From: Betaproteobacteria bacterium
GTDB taxonomy: Bacteria; Pseudomonadota; Gammaproteobacteria; Burkholderiales; SHXO01
NCBI GenBank assembly: GCA_025356655.1
Contig: JANXRW010000070.1
Span: 16,620-80,619, forward strand
Length of the DNA stretch: 64,000 nucleotides
Direction: 5' to 3'
Shown piece by piece: positions 1 through 8,989 of the stretch; positions within the stretch are counted from its first letter, which is position 1, and the number at the start of each line of letters is the position of its first letter. A program made the translations under genes and the position numbers. The notes beneath the pieces were generated by a model that was not told the origin of the DNA, made no database searches, and saw only the letters and a program-made list of their open reading frames with translations.

Positions 1-1104
1 CTCGCGTCGCGTCCCCGAGCGGTTGACGTTCAGCGCGGGATAGATGCGCTTCTCCGCCATGCGCCGATCCAGGTGCACCTCCATGTTGCCGGTGCCCTTG
101 AATTCCTCGTAGATCACGTCATCCATACGGGAGCCCGTTTCGATGAGGGCCGTCGCCAGGATGGTGAGCGAACCGCCTTCCTCGATGTTGCGGGCGGCAC
201 CAAAGAAGCGCTTCGGGCGTTGCAACGCGTTGGAGTCCACGCCGCCCGTGAGCACCTTGCCCGAGGCCGGCACCACCGTGTTGTAGGCACGTGCCAACCG
301 GGTAATAGAGTCGAGGAGGATGACCACATTCTTTTTGTGCTCCACCAAGCGTTTGGCTTTTTCCATCACCATCTCGGCTACCTGAACGTGGCGGGTGGCC
401 GGTTCGTCGAAGGTGCTTGAGACCACCTCGCCGCGCACCGAGCGCTGCATCTCCGTGACCTCTTCCGGGCGCTCGTCGATTAGCAGCACGATCATGATCA
501 CGCCGGGATGATTGCTCGTGATCGAATGGGCGATGTGCTGTAGCATCACCGTCTTGCCCGCTTTCGGCGGGGAGACGATCAGCCCGCGCTGGCCCATGCC
601 GATGGGCGCGATGATGTCAATGATCCGGCCCGTGAGGTTCTCCTCGGAGCGGATGTCGCGTTCGAGGAGGAGCGGGGCGGTGGGGTGGAGCGGCGTGAGG
701 TTCTCGAAGAGGATCTTGTTCTTGGCGTTCTCGGGCGGCTCCGAGTTCACCTGGTCCACCTTGACGAGCGCGAAGTAACGCTCGCCTTCCTTGGGCGTGC
801 GGATCTCGCCCTCGATGGAGTCCCCCGTGTGCAGATTGAAACGGCGGATCTGCGAGGGGCTTACGTAGATGTCATCGGGTCCCGCCAAGTAGGAGGTGTC
901 GGGTGAACGGAGGAATCCGAACCCGTCCGACAGGACCTCCAGCGTGCCCTCCCCGAAGATACTTTCCCCTTTCTTCGCTGTGTTCTTGAGCAGGGCGAAA
1001 ATCAGGTCCTGCTTGCGCATCCGGTTGGCGTTCTCGATTTCGTGCGTGGCCGCCATATCCACCAGTTCGGTGACATGGAGGTTCTTCAGATCGGATAGAT
1101 GCAT
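1..1104 (-). CDS. rho: Transcription termination factor Rho (runs off the window at its 3' end)
   Basis: Not in the ORF track. Minus-strand translation from the ATG at 1104: [38 protein letters not shown]...[30 protein letters not shown]; Walker A SPPKAGKT; downstream of trxA. Confidence 0.97.
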   Translation of the reverse strand, partial: MHLSDLKNLHVTELVDMAATHEIENANRMRKQDLIFALLKNTAKKGESIFGEGTLEVLSDGFGFLRSPDTSYLAGPDDIYVSPSQIRRFNLHTGDSIEGEIRTPKEGERYFALVKVDQVNSEPPENAKNKILFENLTPLHPTAPLLLERDIRSEENLTGRIIDIIAPIGMGQRGLIVSPPKAGKTVMLQHIAHSITSNHPGVIMIVLLIDERPEEVTEMQRSVRGEVVSSTFDEPATRHVQVAEMVMEKAKRLVEHKKNVVILLDSITRLARAYNTVVPASGKVLTGGVDSNALQRPKRFFGAARNIEEGGSLTILATALIETGSRMDDVIYEEFKGTGNMEVHLDRRMAEKRIYPALNVNRSGTRRE

Positions 1105-1239
1105 GGGGGGAAACTTTCAGGAAGACACAGGGAAAAGGAGGAGGGGGAGGGGGAACTGCCCTTCGGACTACGACCTGAATGGGTGCCGCGGGGAGCGAGC
1201 CCGGCCAACAGACCCACTGGGCACCCGAGGTTAAGTAGT

Positions 1240-1566
1240 TTAGATGGTGCTGTCAATAAACGCGGTCAGCTGTGACTTGGACACGGCACCGACCTTGGTC
1301 GCTTCGACGTTGCCGTTCTTAAAGATCATCAGCGTGGGGATGCCCCGGATGCCATAGCGCTGCGGCGTAGCTTGGTTTTCGTCGATGTTCAACTTGGCCA
1401 GTTTCAAGCGGCCAGAATACTCCTGGGCCACTTCATCGAGGATGGGCGCGATGTTCTTGCAGGGCCCGCACCATTCGGCCCAGTAGTCCACGAGGACAGG
1501 AACCGAGGACTGCAGCACCTCCGGTTCGAAGGTGTCGTCCGTAACGTAATGAATATGCTCGCTCAT
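1240..1566 (-). CDS. trxA: Thioredoxin 1
   Basis: WAEWCGPCK motif, 108 aa from MSEHIHYV; canonical trxA-rho order. Confidence 0.97.
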   Translation of the reverse strand: MSEHIHYVTDDTFEPEVLQSSVPVLVDYWAEWCGPCKNIAPILDEVAQEYSGRLKLAKLNIDENQATPQRYGIRGIPTLMIFKNGNVEATKVGAVSKSQLTAFIDSTI

Positions 1567-1749
1567 GGAGAGATTTGCCTCCGGCAATGTAGGAATCAGA
1601 CACGGACTGCGGGCGCTGCCAAGGAATCTGAAGGGGCGCGAGGCCGGCGGACGCCGACAGGACGAGTGTGGGGAATAACCGCTGCGCCCATGGTAACAAA
1701 ATTTCCCTGCAGGGGGGAATTGATGGCTCCGAGTGGACGCCGGGGATTC

Positions 1750-1758
1750 TGCTAGAAT
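1750..1758 (+). promoter_or_regulatory. Candidate extended -10 promoter for fdxA
   Basis: TGCTAGAAT (TGn-TAGAAT) about 140 nt upstream of the fdxA ATG. Confidence 0.45.
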
Positions 1759-1898
1759 TCTCGCCTGCCCGGAGAGGGTTCCGGCGCGTCATTCGATCCC
1801 TTCGCTTGTGTCGAACGGATGTGTCAGGCGGCAGGCCGCCAACCTGCGCTCATGCGCCCTGCCGGGCCAAGCGCCATCGTGCCAGAGGAAGTGTCACC

Positions 1899-2228
1899 AT
1901 GACCTATGTCGTCACCGAGTCCTGCATCAAGTGCAAATACACGGATTGCGTGGAGGTTTGCCCCGTGGATTGCTTCCGCGAAGGCCCCAACATGCTGGTC
2001 ATCGATCCGGATGAGTGTATCGACTGCACCTTGTGCGTGGCCGAGTGTCCGGTGGATGCGATCTTTGCCGAGGACGAGTTGCCACCCGAGCAGCGTCATT
2101 TCACCGCCCTGAACGCCGACCTTGCCAAGGCGTGGCCATCCATCGTGGAACAGAAGGAAGCGCCCGCGGACGCCGACGAGTGGGCGAAGGTGAAGGACAA
2201 GGAGCAACTGCTCGAGCGCGAGGCCTGA
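1899..2228 (+). CDS. fdxA: 7Fe ferredoxin FdxA
   Basis: [26 protein letters not shown]...[12 protein letters not shown], Azotobacter FdI-type; SD-like GAGGA before ATG 1899. Confidence 0.95.
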   Translation: MTYVVTESCIKCKYTDCVEVCPVDCFREGPNMLVIDPDECIDCTLCVAECPVDAIFAEDELPPEQRHFTALNADLAKAWPSIVEQKEAPADADEWAKVKDKEQLLEREA

Positions 2229-2246
2229 ACAGCGGCAGCTGCCGGG

Positions 2247-4076
2247 CTACCCGCCGCCGTGCAAGGCCTGCGCCAGGCCTGAATGCCTACGCGTGGGCTG
2301 CCTGCACGCAGCCACGATGACCGCACGGCTGCCCGCGAGGGCCAGTCGGCGCGCAGCGCGCGTGACGCCGGTGTAGAGCAGTTCCCGCGTCAATCCGCGC
2401 GAGTTCTGCCCCGGCAATACCAACAATATTTCCTCGAACTCCGAGCCCTGGGCCTTGTGCACGGTCAGGGCGAAGGCGCCCTCGTGCTCGGGCAGTCGCA
2501 CGGGTGCCACGGCCCGATAGGCGCCTCCCGCCCGGAAGTACACCTTTGGCTGCCCGTCCGCATCCGGCAGGCAGATACCCACATCACCATTGAACAGGCC
2601 CAACTCGTAGTCGTTACGCGAGAGCATGACCGGGCGCCCCGCGAACCATGCAGCCGCCGTCGCCGGCGCACCTACTCGGTCCTTCAGGCGGCGTTCGCAC
2701 AGCAGATTGATGTCGACCGCGCCGCGCGGTCCCTCGCGCAGGGCGCAGAGCACCCGAAACCGATCGAAGGCGCTCCACAGGGAGTCGAGCGCCCCTGCGT
2801 CCCCGGTTCGGTCGGCCAACACCGCCTGAAAGTAGGCGTCGAACCCTGCTAGCGCCTGCGCTGCGAGCGCCCGCGAGAGCCCGGCCCCCTCCTCTGGGAG
2901 CCATCTCAGCGAGCCGTCGGTGTCTGCTTCGAGACACTCGAAGGCTGCCTGGGCCCGGCCTGCCCGTATATCGGCGGCCAATCGGCCGATACCCGAATCG
3001 GCGGAGAATCGGTGGCTTTCCTGCAACCACACGACGCTGTCGCGCAATCCTGGCACGCCGGAGCCTGCGGGCGGAGTGATCGTCCCCTGAGCGACCCCGG
3101 TCAGGGAAGAGAGCGCGGCACAGGTGTCCGTGCCCAGGCTGGGGTCGGCGGAAATTTCCGCGAAGACGGCGCCCGCCTCGACTGCAGCGAGTTGGTCCTT
3201 ATCGCCCAGCAGGATGAGGCGGGCCGTTTCCGGGAGGGCTTCCACCAGGCGTGTGGCGAGCGAGAGGTCAAGCATGGACGCCTCGTCGACGATCAGCGCG
3301 TCCAGTGGCAAGGGGTTTTGCGCGTGGTGCCGGTGTTTACCCGCAGCACCGGTGACGCCGAGCAACCGGTGCACCGTGAAGGCCTCCGTGGGCAGCCGTG
3401 CGCGCAGGAGTTCAGGTAAGCCCTCCGCGCGCGTCCGCAGGGCCTCCACTAGGCGGGCAGCCGCCTTGCCGGTGGGCGCAGCGAGGGCCACGCGAAGCGC
3501 TGGTTGCTGCTCGAGCAAGCAGGCGAGCAGCGCGACCACGGAACTGGTCTTGCCGGTGCCTGGTCCCCCACTGATGATGACCAGTGGCTTGAGCAGGGCC
3601 AGGGCGACGGCTAGTTTTTGCCAGTCCGGGCGCGATGGATCTCGGCCGGCGCTGGGGAACAGGCTCTCCAGTCGCGGCCGTAATGCCTGCAGTGCGAGCG
3701 CTGAGACCGGCATCTGGGCCGCGCGGCGAACCAGCGCGCCGGCCAGCCGCGTTTCGTAGTCGTGGTAGCGGTAAAGATAGAGCCGGTCGTGCGTATCGAG
3801 GACCAGCGGCGCCACCTGCCCGCTGCCGGCGGCTACGACCTGCCCGGTGGCGAGCAGCGAGGCGCGCAGCGCCTGTAAGGAGCGAGTGCCCGCACCGGGG
3901 TAGAGCTCCTCGAGGGGCAGGCACACATGCCCCTGCTGCAAAGCCTCGCATACGCCCGCGGCAGCGCGCTGTAGCGCTGCGAGATCTGCTCCCGGGGGGG
4001 CTGAAGCAAGCGCCCACTTTGCGATGTGGTGAGCAAAGCCCTGGGCAAGCGCGTTGTCTGTCAGGACTTCGGTCAT
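2247..4076 (-). CDS. recD: Exodeoxyribonuclease V alpha subunit RecD
   Basis: DWQKLAV, Walker A GGPGTGKT, APTGKAAARL, VDEASM, LGDKDQL, TVHKAQGSEF, YTGVTRA. Start placed at MTEVLT. Confidence 0.95.
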   Translation of the reverse strand: MTEVLTDNALAQGFAHHIAKWALASAPPGADLAALQRAAAGVCEALQQGHVCLPLEELYPGAGTRSLQALRASLLATGQVVAAGSGQVAPLVLDTHDRLYLYRYHDYETRLAGALVRRAAQMPVSALALQALRPRLESLFPSAGRDPSRPDWQKLAVALALLKPLVIISGGPGTGKTSSVVALLACLLEQQPALRVALAAPTGKAAARLVEALRTRAEGLPELLRARLPTEAFTVHRLLGVTGAAGKHRHHAQNPLPLDALIVDEASMLDLSLATRLVEALPETARLILLGDKDQLAAVEAGAVFAEISADPSLGTDTCAALSSLTGVAQGTITPPAGSGVPGLRDSVVWLQESHRFSADSGIGRLAADIRAGRAQAAFECLEADTDGSLRWLPEEGAGLSRALAAQALAGFDAYFQAVLADRTGDAGALDSLWSAFDRFRVLCALREGPRGAVDINLLCERRLKDRVGAPATAAAWFAGRPVMLSRNDYELGLFNGDVGICLPDADGQPKVYFRAGGAYRAVAPVRLPEHEGAFALTVHKAQGSEFEEILLVLPGQNSRGLTRELLYTGVTRAARRLALAGSRAVIVAACRQPTRRHSGLAQALHGGG

Positions 4077-4305
4077 GGTCGTCAGATTCCCCGGCACAGG
4101 GCGTCAGCATACGCCAGCGGGGGCCGACGCGGCGGTCCCTGGGGGGCGCGCCCGGTGCAGACAGCGGCGCGCTCAGGGGCTTTGGGCGCACACCGGGGAA
4201 GTCAACAGATGGGCGGTCGCGAAATGTGTAGACTTCAGCCCGTCCGGAGCCGCGCGGCTGAGCCCACCCGGCCCCTCCAATGCCACATCCCAGGGGAGTC
4301 GTTCC

Positions 4306-5268
4306 ATGAAAGCCATATCCGTTCACCAGTTCGGCGGTCCTGAAGTACTGACGATCAGCGAGGTCACTGACCCCTCACCGAGCGCGGGCCAGGTACTGGT
4401 GCGTATCCATGCGGCAGGGGTCAATCCTGCGGACACCTATCAGCGCGCGGGGACCTACGCGATCAAGCCGGCCCTTCCCTACACTCCTGGGACCGATGGC
4501 GCGGGCGTCGTCGAATCCGTGGGTGAAGGCGTCCTGACGGTGCGCCCGGGGGATCGCGTCTACCTGGCGCGCAGCCTGAGCGGCACCTATGCCGAATTGG
4601 CCCTTGCTCTGGAATCCCAGGTGCACCCGCTTCCCGCATCGATCTCCTTTGCCCAGGGCGCGGGCGTATACGTGCCCTACGCCACCGCCTATCATGCCCT
4701 GCACCGCGAGGCGCAGGCGCGACCTGGAGAGACCGTACTGGTGCACGGCGCCAGCGGCGGCGTGGGCATTGCCGCGGTGCAATTGGCCCGGGCTGCCGGT
4801 CTCAAGGTGTATGGCACCGCAGGCACTGCGAAGGGGCTTGAGCTCATCGCCAGGGAAGGCGCACATACCGTGTTCGACCACACGCGGCCGAATTACCAGG
4901 AGGAGATCTTGCAGGCGACCCAGGGTCGCGGCGTCGACGTCATCCTGGAGATGCTCGCCAACGTGAACCTCGGCAATGATCTGAAGATGATCGCCCAGCA
5001 CGGGCGGGTGGTGGTCATCGGCAGCCGCGGCGAGGTGACCATCAACGCCCGTGACCTCATGGGCCGGCGCGGCTCCGTTCACGCATTCACCCTCTGGGGG
5101 CTCACCCCGCAAGAGGAAGCGCAGGCCCACGCGGCGCTGCAGGCGGGGCTGGAGGGCGGCACGCTGCGCCCTGTCGTCGGCCGAAGCCTCGCCCTCGCCG
5201 ACGCCAGCCAGGCGCACGTGGCTGTCATGGCACCCGGCGCTTTCGGCAAGATCGTGCTGGTTTCCTGA
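4306..5268 (+). CDS. qor: NADPH:quinone reductase (zeta-crystallin-like MDR)
   Basis: MKAISVHQFGGPEVL, GVNPAD, PYTPGTDGAG, VLVHGASGGVG, GKIVL. Confidence 0.88.
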   Translation: MKAISVHQFGGPEVLTISEVTDPSPSAGQVLVRIHAAGVNPADTYQRAGTYAIKPALPYTPGTDGAGVVESVGEGVLTVRPGDRVYLARSLSGTYAELALALESQVHPLPASISFAQGAGVYVPYATAYHALHREAQARPGETVLVHGASGGVGIAAVQLARAAGLKVYGTAGTAKGLELIAREGAHTVFDHTRPNYQEEILQATQGRGVDVILEMLANVNLGNDLKMIAQHGRVVVIGSRGEVTINARDLMGRRGSVHAFTLWGLTPQEEAQAHAALQAGLEGGTLRPVVGRSLALADASQAHVAVMAPGAFGKIVLVS

Positions 5269-5326
5269 TCGAGGCACCGGGCTCACCCGAGTCAAGCCTC
5301 GCGGGATTCCTTGCCTGCTGCGCGGT

Positions 5327-8300
5327 TCATCCGCCGCGCAGCAGCGCGTCCAGGGACTCTAGCGTGCTGCGGTCCGGCCGATGGGCGTACACCCCCAGCG
5401 GGGCGCCCGCATCGTTGCACCAACCCGGGCGAACGCCGCGCAGGAAGACATAGAGCATCCCGCCCAGATGTCGATCGGGATCATAGTCGCTCAGTCGCGT
5501 CTGCAGTAGGCGGTGCAGTGCCACCAAGTAGAGTAGGCCCTGCAGCAGGTAGGCATGCTCCGCCATGGCGCCGGCGACAGCCGCCGGCGCGTAGTGCGTT
5601 GGGTCCTCGCCAAGGAAGTTGGACTTCCAGTCCAGCACGTAGTATCGGCCCTCGTGGTGGACGATCAGGTCGATGAACCCCTTCAGATAGCCCGAGAGGG
5701 GACCGAACGCCAAGCGCGGCGCCGCATAACCGTGTGTCTCCAACCATCGGTTGAGGGACGGGGCATCGAGGCGCGGTGCCGGCAGGTGGAAGCCCATCTC
5801 TACCAAGCGGCATTCCCAAGGCAGGCGATTGAGCAAAAGGCCGCCACCCAGATCCGCGCCGAGTACATCCTCCAGCATCCGGCGCAGCATCGGTGCCAGG
5901 CGGGCCGCCGGCATCCCTAGACGGGGCCCGTGCGTTGCCAGCACCCGGTCGATGGTGCGACTCCAGTCTCGGTCCTCCGTGAAATCCACCGCCTCGAGCA
6001 GGGCGTGCAGGCAATCCCCCGCCGCCGCCCCCCGCGGAAACTCCCGGATGTCATCGGCGTCGAGGGGGGCGCCCGGAGGCGCGGCCGCCGCAGCGATCGC
6101 GTAGGCGTCGTGGTCGCTGGCAGCGCCCTCGGCTTCGGCCCCGTAGCGCAAGCTACTAAAACTCCCCAGGCGCCAGATCGCCGGCGGGATCGCTGGCGGT
6201 GCCGCCGCACGCGGTTCCTGCCCACCAACGTCGGCCGCCGGCAAGGCGCGCCCGGGGCCTTCGGGGATGGGGCGTAGCGAGAGCGCCCGGGGCGCGGCCT
6301 GCGCAAGCCTTGCCCAGGCACTATCGATTTCCGCCAGGGCGCGTTCGTTATTTCGCCAATCCTCCGGCGTGGAAGAGCCGCCAGCAGCGAGCCAATTGAG
6401 CAGGCCGCGGGAGGCTTCCCGGCTGCTGTTGGATATGCCGGTCAGCGTCACGTAGCCACCAACCACCAGGTAGCATCGGTGCACCGCCCGAGTGAGCGCC
6501 ACGTAGGCCAGACGCAGCGACTCCTCGTCGCGCTCCTGGGCCTGCAGGGCTTTGATTTCCGTCAACTCCGCCTTGTCCACTAGGCAGTCCGGGCGGAAAT
6601 CCAAGGTGAGCGGGCGCTGCGGCGGGTGATATTCCCGCCCTTCATCGCTTCCGCCCCGGCGGCGCTCACCGATGCAGAGATAGGGGCAGAACACGACCGG
6701 GTATTCCAAGCCCTTGGACTGATGGATCGTCACCACCTGCACCAGATTGGCGTCAGACTCCAGACGTAACTGCTGTTCTTCCCGCTCCGCGCCGTCCGCG
6801 CGGCGCTCGCCAAGCCAGCGCAGCAGCGCTTCGGGCCCGGCGTGTTCGCTGGAGACCTGCTGCAGCAATTCGCCCAGGTGCAGGAGGTTTGTCATGCGGC
6901 GTTCGCCATTCGGGCTTCCGAGAAGCCGTAGCGCGATTTTTTCGCGCGCCATCCAGTGCCTGAACATGGGCGCGAAGCCACGGGCCTGCCACAGTTCCCG
7001 ATATTCGCCAAAGCGCGCCGAGATGGCGAGCAGCGCACCCTCATCGGCACGTAGCGCATCGATGCCGCTGGCGTCGAACCCCATGAGCTCAGTGGCCAGG
7101 CTCGTTAGCAGTCTCGAGGCCCTGGACGGCTCGAGCACGGCCCGTAGCAGCCGCTCGAGATCCCCTGCCACCGCGCAGTGCAGAACGTCCTCACGGGAGC
7201 GCTGCACCGCGCCTACTCCGAGTGCGAGCAACGCCGACTTCATGCGCGCGCCCTGCCGGTGGGAGCGCACCAGGACCGCGATCTCGCCGGGGGCCAGCGC
7301 CCGCCCCGCGAGGAGCACGCGCCCCGCGCGCGCTTCCCGCAGCAGGCGCGCGATCTCACCGGCGGCGGCTGCGGTCGCGAGCGCCTGGGCTTCCTCGCGC
7401 GTGGGGTACTGGCCGCCGGGCGAGGGCAATTGCCACAGACGCATTGCCGCGTCCGGCACCTCAGGCTCGCTGGTGTCGGAAAAGGCGCGGAGTTCGCGCG
7501 TCCCCCGCGCCACCGGGTGGTAGACCAGGGGCGGGAGCTGAAAGGCGCGCGGGTTGGTCCCAAAAAGGGTGTTCACCGCCGCGATCATCGCTTCGCTCGA
7601 GCGTTGGTTGAGCAATAGCGTGTGGCAACTGTCCGCTTGGTCGCGGGCCGACAGGTAGGTGCGCAGGTCGGCATTGCGAAACGAATAGATGGCCTGCTTG
7701 GGATCGCCCACGACGAAGAGCGTCGCCCGTGGCTCAGGTCCTGCCCCATAGATGGCTTGGAAGATCTGGAACTGCAGGGGATCGGTGTCTTGGAATTCGT
7801 CCACCAGCGCGGCGGGGTAGGCGGCGCGCAGCCGCTGTGCCAGCGGCTCTGCGCGCGGGCCCTGCAACGCGCGGTGCGTCCCCAGGAGGATGTCGTCGTA
7901 GGAGAGCAGCCGACGCTCGAGCTTGCTGCGGCGAAGGGCTTCGGCGCCTTCCTCGAAGAGGGCATAGAGCAGACGCAGCCGCTCGAGTTCGAGGCGTAGC
8001 GTAACCGCCGCGTGGCAGGTCGCCAGGCGTTCCACTGCGTCGAAAAACGGATGCGCGGGTGGCGTGTGGCTTTTTTTCGTGCCCTGCGCAATCCGTGACG
8101 TGCTCAGCTTACCCAGTGTTTGCATAAGCACTGGCGGCATGCCGAGCCCGGAGCCGAGGCGCCGGGACTCCCCTTCCCAGGCGCTCAGCAATTGCGCCAC
8201 TTGGCTCGGGCTGAAGCTGTTCTGCTTGAACCCCGCCTGGGCCGCCGCCAGGACGGCGGCCAGCGCCTCGTTCGTGTCGCGCCAAAGTATAAGGGTAGCG

Positions 8301-8989
8301 GCGTGGGTCGCCTCGAGTTCCAGCACCGTGTCGTCGGCCGCGATGCTGGCCGGGTCAGGCAGGTCCACGAGGCGGGCCAGTGGCTTGCGCAGTCGCTGAG
8401 CCAATAACGTTGCCCAGGTGTCCGGACTGTCGCGCTGCTCGACCACCCACTGGGCGAGACCCGGAAACAGTGGCGCATCGGCTACCCGTCGACGCCAGAA
8501 GTCGCGAGTGACTTCGCCCACGAGGGCACCGGAGTCCGCGTTGAGTTCCTGCCGAAAGGGTAGGCCCGCGGAGAAGGCGCTGTCGCCGAGGACGCGGTGG
8601 CAGAAGCCATGGATGGTGAGCACGGCGGCCTCGTCGAACTGCTCCAGAGCGAGCCGCAATCGCGCCTGCAGTGCCTCCATTCCCAGGCCGGTCTGCCGCT
8701 GTACCGCGCCGAGCAATTCTCCCGGGAATGGGTCTTGTTCGCTGCCGATTCCCTGAGCCCACGCAAACACCTCGCTCAGTCGCGTGCGGATGCGCGAGCG
8801 CAGTTCCGCCGTGGCCGCCTTGGTGAAGCTCACCACGAGGATCTGCTGCACCCCCAGGCCCCGTTCGAGCACTAGGCGCAGGTAGAGCGCGCAGATGTTC
8901 CAGGTTTTGCCCGTTCCCGCCGAAGCCTCCACCGCCTGCATCCCCTCAAGCGGGCACTTCAGGGGATCCAACAGGGCGGGCGCGCTCAC
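5327..8989 (-). CDS. recB: Exodeoxyribonuclease V beta subunit RecB
   Basis: EASAGTGKT, FTKAATAEL, LVDEFQDTDPLQ, VGDPKQAIYSFR, TIHQSKGLEY, YVALTRA; C-terminal nuclease GFIDL...DWKSN. GTG start overlaps the recC stop. Confidence 0.96.
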   Translation of the reverse strand: MSAPALLDPLKCPLEGMQAVEASAGTGKTWNICALYLRLVLERGLGVQQILVVSFTKAATAELRSRIRTRLSEVFAWAQGIGSEQDPFPGELLGAVQRQTGLGMEALQARLRLALEQFDEAAVLTIHGFCHRVLGDSAFSAGLPFRQELNADSGALVGEVTRDFWRRRVADAPLFPGLAQWVVEQRDSPDTWATLLAQRLRKPLARLVDLPDPASIAADDTVLELEATHAATLILWRDTNEALAAVLAAAQAGFKQNSFSPSQVAQLLSAWEGESRRLGSGLGMPPVLMQTLGKLSTSRIAQGTKKSHTPPAHPFFDAVERLATCHAAVTLRLELERLRLLYALFEEGAEALRRSKLERRLLSYDDILLGTHRALQGPRAEPLAQRLRAAYPAALVDEFQDTDPLQFQIFQAIYGAGPEPRATLFVVGDPKQAIYSFRNADLRTYLSARDQADSCHTLLLNQRSSEAMIAAVNTLFGTNPRAFQLPPLVYHPVARGTRELRAFSDTSEPEVPDAAMRLWQLPSPGGQYPTREEAQALATAAAAGEIARLLREARAGRVLLAGRALAPGEIAVLVRSHRQGARMKSALLALGVGAVQRSREDVLHCAVAGDLERLLRAVLEPSRASRLLTSLATELMGFDASGIDALRADEGALLAISARFGEYRELWQARGFAPMFRHWMAREKIALRLLGSPNGERRMTNLLHLGELLQQVSSEHAGPEALLRWLGERRADGAEREEQQLRLESDANLVQVVTIHQSKGLEYPVVFCPYLCIGERRRGGSDEGREYHPPQRPLTLDFRPDCLVDKAELTEIKALQAQERDEESLRLAYVALTRAVHRCYLVVGGYVTLTGISNSSREASRGLLNWLAAGGSSTPEDWRNNERALAEIDSAWARLAQAAPRALSLRPIPEGPGRALPAADVGGQEPRAAAPPAIPPAIWRLGSFSSLRYGAEAEGAASDHDAYAIAAAAAPPGAPLDADDIREFPRGAAAGDCLHALLEAVDFTEDRDWSRTIDRVLATHGPRLGMPAARLAPMLRRMLEDVLGADLGGGLLLNRLPWECRLVEMGFHLPAPRLDAPSLNRWLETHGYAAPRLAFGPLSGYLKGFIDLIVHHEGRYYVLDWKSNFLGEDPTHYAPAAVAGAMAEHAYLLQGLLYLVALHRLLQTRLSDYDPDRHLGGMLYVFLRGVRPGWCNDAGAPLGVYAHRPDRSTLESLDALLRGG

